A stretch of 64,000 nucleotides of DNA from an uncultured virus (IMG/VR IMGVR_UViG_3300020056_000009) (lineage: Duplodnaviria; Heunggongvirae; Uroviricota; Caudoviricetes), in the IMG/VR virus record IMGVR_UViG_3300020056_000009. One strand, written 5' to 3'. The notes under the pieces are model-generated. The model was not told where the DNA came from and ran no database searches. It worked only from the letters and a program-made list of their open reading frames with translations. The position numbers and the translations under genes were made by a program. This document shows, one piece after another, positions 48,628 to 57,560 of this stretch. Within the stretch, counting starts at the first letter, position 1. Each line of letters begins with the position of its first letter.

Positions 48628-48629
48628 AT

Positions 48630-49202
48630 CTATTCTATATCCTTCAATTCATCAACATTGATTTGGATTTCATAATCTGCCCACAGATAAGTCATTTTTT
48701 CATATTCCTCTCGATGACTACTTATTATTTCTTGGTCTTGGCCGGCATTTAATCGTAATACTTTGATTCCTGAAGGATCAATTTCTAAATCGAATTCGTA
48801 TAAAATCTCATTAATTTCGTATATTACAGAACTTATAAACTGTTCCAAATCTTTTTCGGCTTGGTTGTAAGTTTTATCAGACAAAACGGAAACCTTAAAT
48901 TGTGTATTCCACCTCTTCGGCGGTGATGCTTCAGATCTACTACTATCCCAATCAATATATTCCAAACCATATAAAATTTCGTCCCACAATTCTTTAGCAT
49001 CTTTGACGATGTCAAATGAACAATCCCAATTCCAATCACTCGGACTATCTTCGGGACCATAACTTACTCCTGCTAAATGAATTTGATTAGATCCTATTAA
49101 TCCCCATGAGGACAATACCTCTCGGGCTTGCCTCCATTTCTTAGTATCGGCAAAAGGAGGATTTCCCATAGGGCTCCAATTAATCATGGGATTCTCCTCC
49201 AA
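48630..49202 (-). CDS. hypothetical protein
   Basis: AT-rich minus-strand operon; W/D/E-rich. Confidence 0.7.
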   Translation of the reverse strand: MEENPMINWSPMGNPPFADTKKWRQAREVLSSWGLIGSNQIHLAGVSYGPEDSPSDWNWDCSFDIVKDAKELWDEILYGLEYIDWDSSRSEASPPKRWNTQFKVSVLSDKTYNQAEKDLEQFISSVIYEINEILYEFDLEIDPSGIKVLRLNAGQDQEIISSHREEYEKMTYLWADYEIQINVDELKDIE

Positions 49203-49740
49203 ACAAAATACTTAATGAGCCCCAAGATGTTGGATCCCATTGTGGTATCGAGATACTCCATCCCGGGAGGGGATTTATCTCAAAAATTACTACTCGTTCA
49301 TCTTCAGAGGCTGACATCGTTTGACGAGCGATAGCATCATTATCGTGATAAATGGTAAATCTATCTGAACCGTAATACCTATCATACCAATCTGACAATT
49401 GTGATTGATAATAATGATACAAATAATGAAGATGATCTCTATTACTTATGGCATCATAATGACCCATCCAAATAATTTTGGCTAAACTTTCTGGATTTAT
49501 TTCCTCAAGTTCTTGAGTTTGCAAATAACCCTCTCTGAAAACATCTCTAAAATCCCTTGATAACTCTACTGGCAAATTTATATCCAAACTTTTGATTTGG
49601 GTAATCCAACCTTTTTCGGAAATCTTCATAACATATTTTCCCTTTAATCCTGATTGCATTACTTGTTTAACCCATAATCTTTTATTAAACCACTTCGGAA
49701 GTTCTGAAAAATTAATCACAGCACCACCTCCATAAAACAA
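49180..49740 (-). CDS. hypothetical protein
   Basis: Operon member; the true start may be the GTG after GGAGGTG. Confidence 0.7.
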   Translation of the reverse strand: MFYGGGAVINFSELPKWFNKRLWVKQVMQSGLKGKYVMKISEKGWITQIKSLDINLPVELSRDFRDVFREGYLQTQELEEINPESLAKIIWMGHYDAISNRDHLHYLYHYYQSQLSDWYDRYYGSDRFTIYHDNDAIARQTMSASEDERVVIFEINPLPGWSISIPQWDPTSWGSLSILFGGESHD

Positions 49741-50210
49741 TAAACATCGCTTTCCTCATATATTTTATTATGATAAGATTGATGATCCCATATTTCCATA
49801 GTCACCTTTTTTGAATATTTTAACCATTTTGGAAGTTCTCCTATTTTTTGTTCATCAAAGGTATTTCCATTATCATCAACCCCTGCAAATTGGATTAGAG
49901 GCTGGTTTGCAAAATCTAATACTCGTCGCCAATACCATTCACTACCTACAAGTTTTTGATATATATCTCGGGACTTCTTATTTTCATCGCTTGGGCTTAA
50001 CTTTTTGAGTCGCTCTTTGATATTCTCTTTAAATTCTTTTCCTTCTAACTCAAAAGTTTCAAATATTTCTTTCTGAGATGATAATAAATACATAGGATGA
50101 CTATTAAATATTATTTCTCTCTCGTAGTTTTCCCAATCAATATTGTTATAATTGTAAGCAGCGATAAAGACAAACCATACCGTCTGACCTGCAAACGGTT
50201 GATTAATCAT
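49716..50210 (-). CDS. hypothetical protein
   Basis: TATATATAG at -30. Confidence 0.75.
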   Translation of the reverse strand: MINQPFAGQTVWFVFIAAYNYNNIDWENYEREIIFNSHPMYLLSSQKEIFETFELEGKEFKENIKERLKKLSPSDENKKSRDIYQKLVGSEWYWRRVLDFANQPLIQFAGVDDNGNTFDEQKIGELPKWLKYSKKVTMEIWDHQSYHNKIYEESDVYCFMEVVL

Positions 50211-50241
50211 GTCGAATGGTTCCTCATTCGACTATATATAA

Positions 50242-50445
50242 TTACCCAATCTTGAATTGTTTCAATCGATTCCATAACGAATCGTTAGATTGGTCTAAAT
50301 GAGTTTCACAATAATAGTAATTAGTCCAATCACTAAATCCTTTACTTCGATCATATTTAATAAATCCCATCGGACTTAATCTTGATTCCCAATGGGCTGC
50401 TTCTCCACACACTTCGCATAATTTATTGGTGATTTCTTTTGGCAA
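50242..50445 (-). CDS. small zinc-binding protein
   Basis: CEVCG...YYCETH. Confidence 0.6.
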   Translation of the reverse strand: MPKEITNKLCEVCGEAAHWESRLSPMGFIKYDRSKGFSDWTNYYYCETHLDQSNDSLWNRLKQFKIG

Positions 50446-50501
50446 TATAATCCCAAATTAGTATAGTTGTTTCTGGTATATCTATTTTGCGGTCTTATGC
50501 A

Positions 50502-51455
50502 TCACTCATTGTTAAGAGAATATCTTAGAGTCACCGTTTTAGGACCGGCAGAAGGATAAGTAGTCAATCCCGATCTTCTCATAAACATAACTTGAAATCT
50601 TCCTTGTGCTCTCTTGCCCCCGGCAGCACTAATGGCTCTTTTCAAAACCCAATTACCTTTAGTTCCCAAAGAATCATCAACACCCATATTGATTTTATCC
50701 ATGCGACCATCCATATGAATATCATAGCGTTCCAAAAGATTTTCTAACTCTGTGATTTTGAAGTTTCCTGTGCGTCCGGAAGCAGTAGCGGCGGCGGCTA
50801 CTTTAGCATTAGTTCCAAATAAGGCTACTAACGCCGCATTGGTAATCGTAGCCGTTTCCAATTCTTTCTTCAGTAAATCCATAATTGGTTTTTTGTATTT
50901 TGCAATTAGACTTTGCGGATCTAAAGTTGATTCAAAAGAATCGAAATCCACTTGCCACCAAATATCCGCATAAGCGGGATCTGCTTTTGTAGCCGAGGCT
51001 TTGGGACCCATCTGTGTATCGTGGCCTTGCACCGTATCTCCCAATCCCAACAAATATCCATAGGTAACCACCGAATAATCGGATACCCATACAAAGTTAG
51101 GTTCCCAGCGTTTTGTAATTGGATTTTTCTTTAGAATCGGATAATATTTACCCCCATATCCGAATCGTTGGTATCGCATTTTCTTAACTGAAGTATGCAG
51201 ATTTTTGGCTGCTTGAGTAGCGGATTCACCATCCATCATACGCCTGAGGAACTTATCACGCAATTCTTTAGGAGGTAATACCATGCGATACTGACCCCCG
51301 GGAACTTTCTTGATTTTAATTCCCACCGATTGAAAATAATTCTTGAGAGTGCGTGAAGTGGTTTTAGCACGACGGGCGGCGGCTGATAATCCCAAGTCTT
51401 GTTGATCCATTAGCCTTTGGGCTACTCGACAACGGCGAATAGTCTCCGGCTTCAT
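50502..51455 (-). CDS. basic protein with two HTH-like motifs
   Basis: ATG at 51455 is 30 nt from TATAAATAG; GLSAAARRAKTTSRTL and GESATQAAKNLHTSV. Confidence 0.65.
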   Translation of the reverse strand: MKPETIRRCRVAQRLMDQQDLGLSAAARRAKTTSRTLKNYFQSVGIKIKKVPGGQYRMVLPPKELRDKFLRRMMDGESATQAAKNLHTSVKKMRYQRFGYGGKYYPILKKNPITKRWEPNFVWVSDYSVVTYGYLLGLGDTVQGHDTQMGPKASATKADPAYADIWWQVDFDSFESTLDPQSLIAKYKKPIMDLLKKELETATITNAALVALFGTNAKVAAAATASGRTGNFKITELENLLERYDIHMDGRMDKINMGVDDSLGTKGNWVLKRAISAAGGKRAQGRFQVMFMRRSGLTTYPSAGPKTVTLRYSLNNE

Positions 51456-51488
51456 AGTTGTCAATTTCATCACCATCTATTTATAGTT

Positions 51489-53171
51489 TCACAAATCATA
51501 CAACATAATTCTACCATCTACAATATCCATGACTCCCATATCAATTAATTTGGTTTTCATATCATCGCTTAACGACAATCCTAAATCCGACATACGCTTT
51601 TTAGCCTCCAACAAATTATCATATTGTCCACTATCGGAATTACGCACCAAAGCCGCATACAATTGTTGCACCTTGCCATCAGCCTCCATGAGATCCACAT
51701 TAAGAGGAATGTTCTCAATAAGGGTTTTCAAGGAGGTATTAAACAAGGTTTTGGCTTGATAAAGGTGATTAGAATTAACTACGGAATCTCCATTCAATCG
51801 GGCTAAGCCTTTACACAAGTTAATGAATTGTTGGAACTTACGGTTTTCTCGTTCTGCTCGTTGAAGAAATACCTTTTTGAACTCTTCCGATTCTTCTACG
51901 GAACTAAACTCTTGCCAAATAAAATCTTCAATAACATCCATATCAGGATTTAAACGACTCACATAACGAAGATATTCCTTAAAGAATCGTCGCCACATTT
52001 TCAATTCGGCTTTGGCTTGCGGGGTTTCAAACTTGCCGGTCATGTTATCCATGATCTTCCTTTTTACGAATTTATCAGCGTTATCATCACCATAGGTCAA
52101 ACTCATTTGAGCAAAGATTAAAGTCATACGGCTAATCATTTGGAAGGTATACTCTTTAAAGACATCCAACATCGCCAACTTATCCATCTTATCAGAATAG
52201 GATTTATCAGGATTGCCCCAAAAACTCATATTAAGACAAGCATCACGCTGCACATCGATTTGACCTTTCTGCATAGTATAATAACCATTAGCCAACATAT
52301 TCATAAGTTCACCAAAGACATCTGAACCCCATGTTTGAAACTCGGATACAGCAATACGCTCGTTATTCATTTTTCCAATCAAACCTAATTCTACGGAGTT
52401 AAGATCTTCGCCACTCATGGCTCCAAACAATCCTGGAATTGTGCATAGTTTTCCTGTCGAGGCTACCCCTGTGGGCACCAAAGGTTGCATAATGTTTTCG
52501 ATTAGGTGGTCTTTGCCTTCACCCATGCTGGTAATCACCGCAATATGAATCATATCCGTTTTCTTAAACGGGCTTAAACAATTCAATAACACGGCTTGCT
52601 TAATGCTATCTGCCGCATAAACATGACGCCAAAGAGTTTTATCATCCATCATCAATTTGAGTGGACTTACCTTCTTTTCTTGACATACTGCCAAAAACTT
52701 TTGAAACTGTTCTGTCGTCAGTTGGCTTTGCTTATCGTCATTCTGTGGTTCTATCTTTTCGACTACAAACACCTTTTCTCCTTGATGGAGTTGGTAACTC
52801 CCGAAAATTTGGATTTGATTACCATTACGCTGTGAATCAGTCAAAAGGCTGAGAGCCGTCGTCAAATCGGCAGGAGGCATACCCCCAGGAATGAGAGTAA
52901 CTCCATTGTGAGCCATACATTTGACGGCATTACTACCATCGCTAACGACAAAGTGAATAGCAATCTTCTCATAAGGGTCTAACAACGATCGAGTCGGTTT
53001 AGCACCTTTCCGAGATTTCACCAACGGTAAGTCTTCAATCTTGATACAAATTCCCGAACCCTTTCGAGGACGAGAACTAATCTTAGACTGATAAACTTCG
53101 GCTACCGTAGCATCATAGTCCGTAAAGGAGTTTACACAGGATTCGACGAATTGGGTCAATTCCGAGTCCAT
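51489..53171 (-). CDS. divergent MCM-family AAA+ helicase
   Basis: IHIAVITSMGEGKD (Walker A-like), STGKLCTIPGLFGA, IAVSEF (Walker B-like), MSFWGNP, MISRM, RKFQQFINLCKGLARL..V...HL..A..LF. Confidence 0.75.
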   Translation of the reverse strand: MDSELTQFVESCVNSFTDYDATVAEVYQSKISSRPRKGSGICIKIEDLPLVKSRKGAKPTRSLLDPYEKIAIHFVVSDGSNAVKCMAHNGVTLIPGGMPPADLTTALSLLTDSQRNGNQIQIFGSYQLHQGEKVFVVEKIEPQNDDKQSQLTTEQFQKFLAVCQEKKVSPLKLMMDDKTLWRHVYAADSIKQAVLLNCLSPFKKTDMIHIAVITSMGEGKDHLIENIMQPLVPTGVASTGKLCTIPGLFGAMSGEDLNSVELGLIGKMNNERIAVSEFQTWGSDVFGELMNMLANGYYTMQKGQIDVQRDACLNMSFWGNPDKSYSDKMDKLAMLDVFKEYTFQMISRMTLIFAQMSLTYGDDNADKFVKRKIMDNMTGKFETPQAKAELKMWRRFFKEYLRYVSRLNPDMDVIEDFIWQEFSSVEESEEFKKVFLQRAERENRKFQQFINLCKGLARLNGDSVVNSNHLYQAKTLFNTSLKTLIENIPLNVDLMEADGKVQQLYAALVRNSDSGQYDNLLEAKKRMSDLGLSLSDDMKTKLIDMGVMDIVDGRIMLYDL

Positions 53172-53221
53172 AGTAATCCCTCATGCCATCACCTATTTCT
53201 ATTTTCAAGTGTCCGCCTCAA

Positions 53222-53449
53222 ACCTGTGGGCCGCAGACAGGTGTTCGGTGGTGAAACCAAACTCCCATCAGTTCAAATTATCCCTTGCGTAGTGTAGTGG
53301 CACTTTTTAAACCGAGTTGCCTTACGGCACACGGAGGGTCAAGGGTTTTGACCGCAACCCCTAAAGGCTGCGTGGTGGAACTTGAACCATAGATCTCAAG
53401 TCATTCCCAAGACGGCTAAGCCGCCTGAGTCCTTAAGATTGGCGAGGAC
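53222..53449 (-). other. multi-hairpin intergenic element between ssb-like and mcm-like genes
   Basis: At least 7 stem-loops, including TGCC-GTAA-GGCA, GGTCAA/TTGACC, CGCAGCC/GGTTGCG and ACTTGA/TCAAGT. Confidence 0.6.
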
Positions 53450-53453
53450 GATT

Positions 53454-53936
53454 TCACTCGTCGTCGGAAACCACTTGGTCAGCAGGGACTTCGGGGAGTT
53501 CATCACGAGTGATGCTACCACGAGGTAGTGCGTTGAAGGTGTTGAAGGTGCGTCCAGGGTTCTTCTTGGACTCTTCCTTTTGGCGAAGGAAATCAATCTT
53601 CACAGGAAGGTGGTATACCTTCTTGCCATCGTCACCTTCGGTGATAATGTTGTTGTTGTTGATGAAACGCTCAAAGTCGTTTCGCTCGTAGCCACCAAGA
53701 TAGACCTTTTCACGGCGTCCGTTCTCAAGGTTTACCATGCGAAGACAGTAGTTCTCACCGTTGAGGTCAGAATCAACCTTGTTAAAGGATACCAAAGCGT
53801 AGTTGCGATAGATTTCACCAAAGGTAGGCTTAATCGTATCATACCGGGTCTGAGGACCACGGTTGCTGCTCGGTGCTGGTCGGCTGGCAGTTAGTTCGTC
53901 CATAAATGCTGCAATATCATCTGCGTTGTTACTCAT
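53454..53936 (-). CDS. putative single-stranded DNA-binding (OB-fold-like) protein
   Basis: Adjacent to the MCM-like gene; beta-rich core with ESKKNPGRTFNTF; acidic tail; high-expression codon bias. Confidence 0.5.
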   Translation of the reverse strand: MSNNADDIAAFMDELTASRPAPSSNRGPQTRYDTIKPTFGEIYRNYALVSFNKVDSDLNGENYCLRMVNLENGRREKVYLGGYERNDFERFINNNNIITEGDDGKKVYHLPVKIDFLRQKEESKKNPGRTFNTFNALPRGSITRDELPEVPADQVVSDDE

Positions 53937-54075
53937 TTTTTTCACTTCCTTTTTTTGTTATCCCGTTTTGTTTCTTGTCGGGTGTAATAGATAGTGTCTG
54001 CCACCACCCTTATATACCTTCTGAGTTTGTCAAATAAAGCAAAATATTATATAGTAGTGCGAAGCAATTATACCT

Positions 54076-56757
54076 ATGGGTAGCCCTGCATTTCTTGATA
54101 TTAATACGGGAAAAGTGTCTACTTCGGGCACACATCCCGTAGTATTTATTGAAGATGGTTGGACTTCAGTTATTTGCGATCTTCGAGAATGGATGATTAA
54201 AGACCCTCGTGATGCCGTTCCCCCGGCATTTATTAAACATACAGATGTTAAACTTGATTTCTTGGGTGACCAAAAAGATGCTGAAAAATGGGCTAATCGT
54301 TTTGAAGATGCTTTAGATAATATCAGTTGTGATTATTTCGTTATTTCGCAATCCGGCAATATGTTATCAGTAATCCTAAATAATTCAGCCACACCTTGTT
54401 CTGCTACTCAAGTTATACTCACCAGCGGAGGAGATGCTGCGGCTCGTAACGCCTGTTATGGTGATATCATGGGTGGTAAGCGTATTGAAGGTGGCGATTG
54501 GAATGAAAAACAAAAAGGCGGCGGTGGAGGCGGCGGCGGTGGTAGCGGAGGACCTCCTTCACCATCACCCCCCAGTTTAGGTGGTTCCCCAAGTGGACAA
54601 GGTTCAGGAAGCGGAAGCGGAAGTGGTTCTGGTCAGGGCGGAGATACTGGAGGGACAGGTTCCGGAATGAGTGGTGGACAAGGAGATGGAAGTGGATCGG
54701 GTCAAGGACAAGGTTCCGGTCAAGGAGCGGGTGGAGATGGCTCTGGCGAAGGTGGACAAGGTTCCGAAAGCGGAAGTGGTGAGTGTGGTTCTTGCGGTGG
54801 TTCCGGAATGAGTGGTGGTCAAGGAGATTCTGGAGATGGAGATGGCTCTGGCCAAGGAGATGGTGGAGAAGGACAAGGTCAGGGTCAAGGAGATGAATCT
54901 GGTGACCAAGAAGGAGTCTGTGGTGATTGCGGTGGCACGGGAGAAGAAACTCCTGTTAATGCGGCCCCCGCAGACCAAACCATGAGTGATGTTCAAGAAA
55001 AGGCAGCACAACAAGCCCAAAAAGATTTCGATGCTCAACAAGAAGAGCGTAGTGAAAAGTGTCAGGCTGCGGCTGATGAAGCCGAACAACAAGCCGATGC
55101 TGGTAATCCTCAAGAGGCTACTGATGCTGCTTGCGATGCCAAAGAATGTGGTAATCCCAATTCTCAAAAGGATAAAGATAACATGGCTCGTGCAGAAGAG
55201 GCTGCTAACAAGGCTATCGATGACGCTGAAGATAATGGATCTCTGTCTTCCGAACAAGCCCAAGAACTTCGTGACCAATTATCAGATTCTGAACCCAGCA
55301 ATCAATCTGAGGCTCAAAAGATGGCTTCCGAGGCACGACAAATGGCCCAAGATGCCCAAATGAATCAAGACCCTGAGGGTTTGAAAGATGCGGCAGATAA
55401 ACTCCATGAGGCTGCTGAAGAAGCCAACAACAGTTCTGATAATGCCTCTGTTTCTCAAGCCGCACAAGATGTGGCCGATATTGCTGGTAACATGGGTGAT
55501 GAAGATATTCAAGATGATTTACAAGAACTTGCTGATGAATTATCTCAAAAATCTGGAGAACGCAAGTGGGGAATTAAAGAAGAAGATTCGGGAGAATTTT
55601 TGACTGATGAACATGGCAAGCCTCTTGAGTTCGATTCTCAAGAAGAGGCTCAAGAAATGATTGACGACTCTGGAGAAGATGGCCTCACCTGCGAACCTCT
55701 TCCTAACCGATTGGATACGGCTTTCAATGAGGCCAATGATGATGGTAGCATGGATCCTAACGACCCCGAAACTCGCAATGAGTTTGATGAACAATACGAT
55801 AAAACTATGGATGAGTTGGCCGAAGGCCAAATCTGCACCGTTGTTAATTTGGATGGAGTATTTACTTCGGCTCACGAAGTTTATGAAGAATTATTGAATT
55901 ATGTTTACTTGTTTAATCCTATGCTTCATAGTATGATGTCTCAAGCCAAACAAGTTCCTGTCAAAATTGCTGTGCAACGAGAAAGAACTCCCATTCACTT
56001 GGAAGTTTTGAATTTTGAAGATTTGGATGAAGACCAAATTAAAAACCTTATTGATAATTATCTCGACAATGAGGATTACACCGATATTTCTATTCACTCT
56101 ATGGACGAAGGCGATACCCAAAATGGTAATCCTGATGGATGGCTACCAAAATGGGCGGCTCTAACATGGAGTCTCCCCGGAACCTTAGCAGATTCTTTTG
56201 GTATCAATTCTCAAGTCCGAGTTATTGAAGAACTTGGAGATTGGGTTAAAGTGCGTCCTCTTGGAAATCTTTCAGGATATATGGCTCTCCTAAAATCTAA
56301 CTTAGACTGTTATGCTGAACCTCCTGCCGAACCCGGCGAAATGGAAGACTTATTAGATCTTCCTTCTATGCCTACTACAACTGAAGAACTCAAGAAGATT
56401 TTGGAAGAGGCTCGTCTAAAGAAACAACGCAAGATGCGACAAACCCAAGAAGTATCTTCTGATGCTATGGTTGATTGGCGAGTCAATATTCTTACGGGAG
56501 AACGAAAGTCGTTTACCAAAGACCAATTATTAGCCGGTGAAGGTGGTAGAGGATGGGTATCTATCAGCATGATAGATGGTGTTTATTCCGATCTTATTGG
56601 ACTCTGCGAACTTTTGGACCTCAATAACATTAGTTATACCGTAGTATCACAAACGGTGGGACCCACTAAAATTCAAACTGATGCTTCTGGACTGAGCATG
56701 GCAACCAAATTAGGAAAACCCTTGACTATTAGAAATGACACGGTGGGATATCTATGA
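54076..56757 (+). CDS. large protein with G/S/Q low-complexity linker, CxxCGG motifs and acidic helical region
   Basis: 893 aa; TATA variant at -30. Confidence 0.85.
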   Translation: MGSPAFLDINTGKVSTSGTHPVVFIEDGWTSVICDLREWMIKDPRDAVPPAFIKHTDVKLDFLGDQKDAEKWANRFEDALDNISCDYFVISQSGNMLSVILNNSATPCSATQVILTSGGDAAARNACYGDIMGGKRIEGGDWNEKQKGGGGGGGGGSGGPPSPSPPSLGGSPSGQGSGSGSGSGSGQGGDTGGTGSGMSGGQGDGSGSGQGQGSGQGAGGDGSGEGGQGSESGSGECGSCGGSGMSGGQGDSGDGDGSGQGDGGEGQGQGQGDESGDQEGVCGDCGGTGEETPVNAAPADQTMSDVQEKAAQQAQKDFDAQQEERSEKCQAAADEAEQQADAGNPQEATDAACDAKECGNPNSQKDKDNMARAEEAANKAIDDAEDNGSLSSEQAQELRDQLSDSEPSNQSEAQKMASEARQMAQDAQMNQDPEGLKDAADKLHEAAEEANNSSDNASVSQAAQDVADIAGNMGDEDIQDDLQELADELSQKSGERKWGIKEEDSGEFLTDEHGKPLEFDSQEEAQEMIDDSGEDGLTCEPLPNRLDTAFNEANDDGSMDPNDPETRNEFDEQYDKTMDELAEGQICTVVNLDGVFTSAHEVYEELLNYVYLFNPMLHSMMSQAKQVPVKIAVQRERTPIHLEVLNFEDLDEDQIKNLIDNYLDNEDYTDISIHSMDEGDTQNGNPDGWLPKWAALTWSLPGTLADSFGINSQVRVIEELGDWVKVRPLGNLSGYMALLKSNLDCYAEPPAEPGEMEDLLDLPSMPTTTEELKKILEEARLKKQRKMRQTQEVSSDAMVDWRVNILTGERKSFTKDQLLAGEGGRGWVSISMIDGVYSDLIGLCELLDLNNISYTVVSQTVGPTKIQTDASGLSMATKLGKPLTIRNDTVGYL

Positions 56758-57551
56758 CCTGGAAACAAGAATTTAATCGCTTTAGTGCCGATGCACTTAA
56801 AGAAATGAAAACCTATTCGGACAACACTAACGAAGAACGAGAGTGGATGTGTTATGTTTATTTAGACGATGATGGTCGCTATCAATTAGGACTTCCTGAT
56901 TACGGTGGTGAATCTGCTATCAAAGTTAGTCCTCAATCCAAGATGGCACAAGATCGACTTCGTAAAGGACTTCATAACAAGAAATGGACTATTCACGGTC
57001 ACCCTCTCAAAGATGGTAAGATTTATACCGGTCGTCAGTATTTCTCTTCCACCGATATTTGCCGAGAGTATGTTACGGCTCGTGATAACAACGAATACAC
57101 CGTGCAGTTCTTAGTATATCCCCATCAACAAATCGAAAAGGATAGTAATGGCCGGGCTACCGGACGCCATGTAATTCACAACCGTGTGCGAACTTTAGTA
57201 TTTCCTAATACCCAAACCATTGTGGCAGCCATGAAAGAATCTAACCCGGGCGTAGACCCTTATGCCATTACCCCGGAATCCGGACAAAACCGTAATGCTC
57301 CCGATGGTCGTTTAGTCAATGATGCGGGAGTCAATTGGTTTGCTTTCCAAGAAACTTTGGGCAAATATAATTGTATGGGAATTATGGATCTCGAAGGACC
57401 TGCTTACGGTGCCGAAGGATTTAATTCTAAAACTTTATCCCTAATTAATATGGGTGGCTTTACTACTATTGCTTTAGCCGGATTAGGTCTTTGGTGGGCT
57501 AACCGAAATAAGAAAAAGATTATTGAAGTTATCGACGATATTAAATCATAG
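56754..57551 (+). CDS. JAB/MPN+ (JAMM) metalloprotease-like protein with C-terminal TM
   Basis: EREW...WTIHGHP..YFSSTD fits E-xn-HxH-xn-S-xx-D; YGAEG linker, then FTTIALAGLGLWWA. Confidence 0.7.
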   Translation: MTWKQEFNRFSADALKEMKTYSDNTNEEREWMCYVYLDDDGRYQLGLPDYGGESAIKVSPQSKMAQDRLRKGLHNKKWTIHGHPLKDGKIYTGRQYFSSTDICREYVTARDNNEYTVQFLVYPHQQIEKDSNGRATGRHVIHNRVRTLVFPNTQTIVAAMKESNPGVDPYAITPESGQNRNAPDGRLVNDAGVNWFAFQETLGKYNCMGIMDLEGPAYGAEGFNSKTLSLINMGGFTTIALAGLGLWWANRNKKKIIEVIDDIKS

Positions 57552-57560
57552 GTGTAGTTC

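Noticed and set aside
48526..48628. tRNA or 5S rRNA identity for the structured RNA
   Set aside because: The terminal CCA is part of the closing stem and there is no anticodon or T-arm geometry. Only a vague CGAAC similarity to 5S loop C exists, and the RNA is shorter than 5S.
54510..54950. DNA tandem repeat or mobile element in the G-rich stretch
   Set aside because: It is explained by an in-frame Gly/Ser-rich coding linker with varied synonymous codons.
14168..55278. Long antisense ORFs (e.g. 14168..14797, 22304..23092, 36524..37024, 54604..55278)
   Set aside because: These are shadows of biased codon usage in the real opposite-strand genes, with no promoter, SD or motifs.
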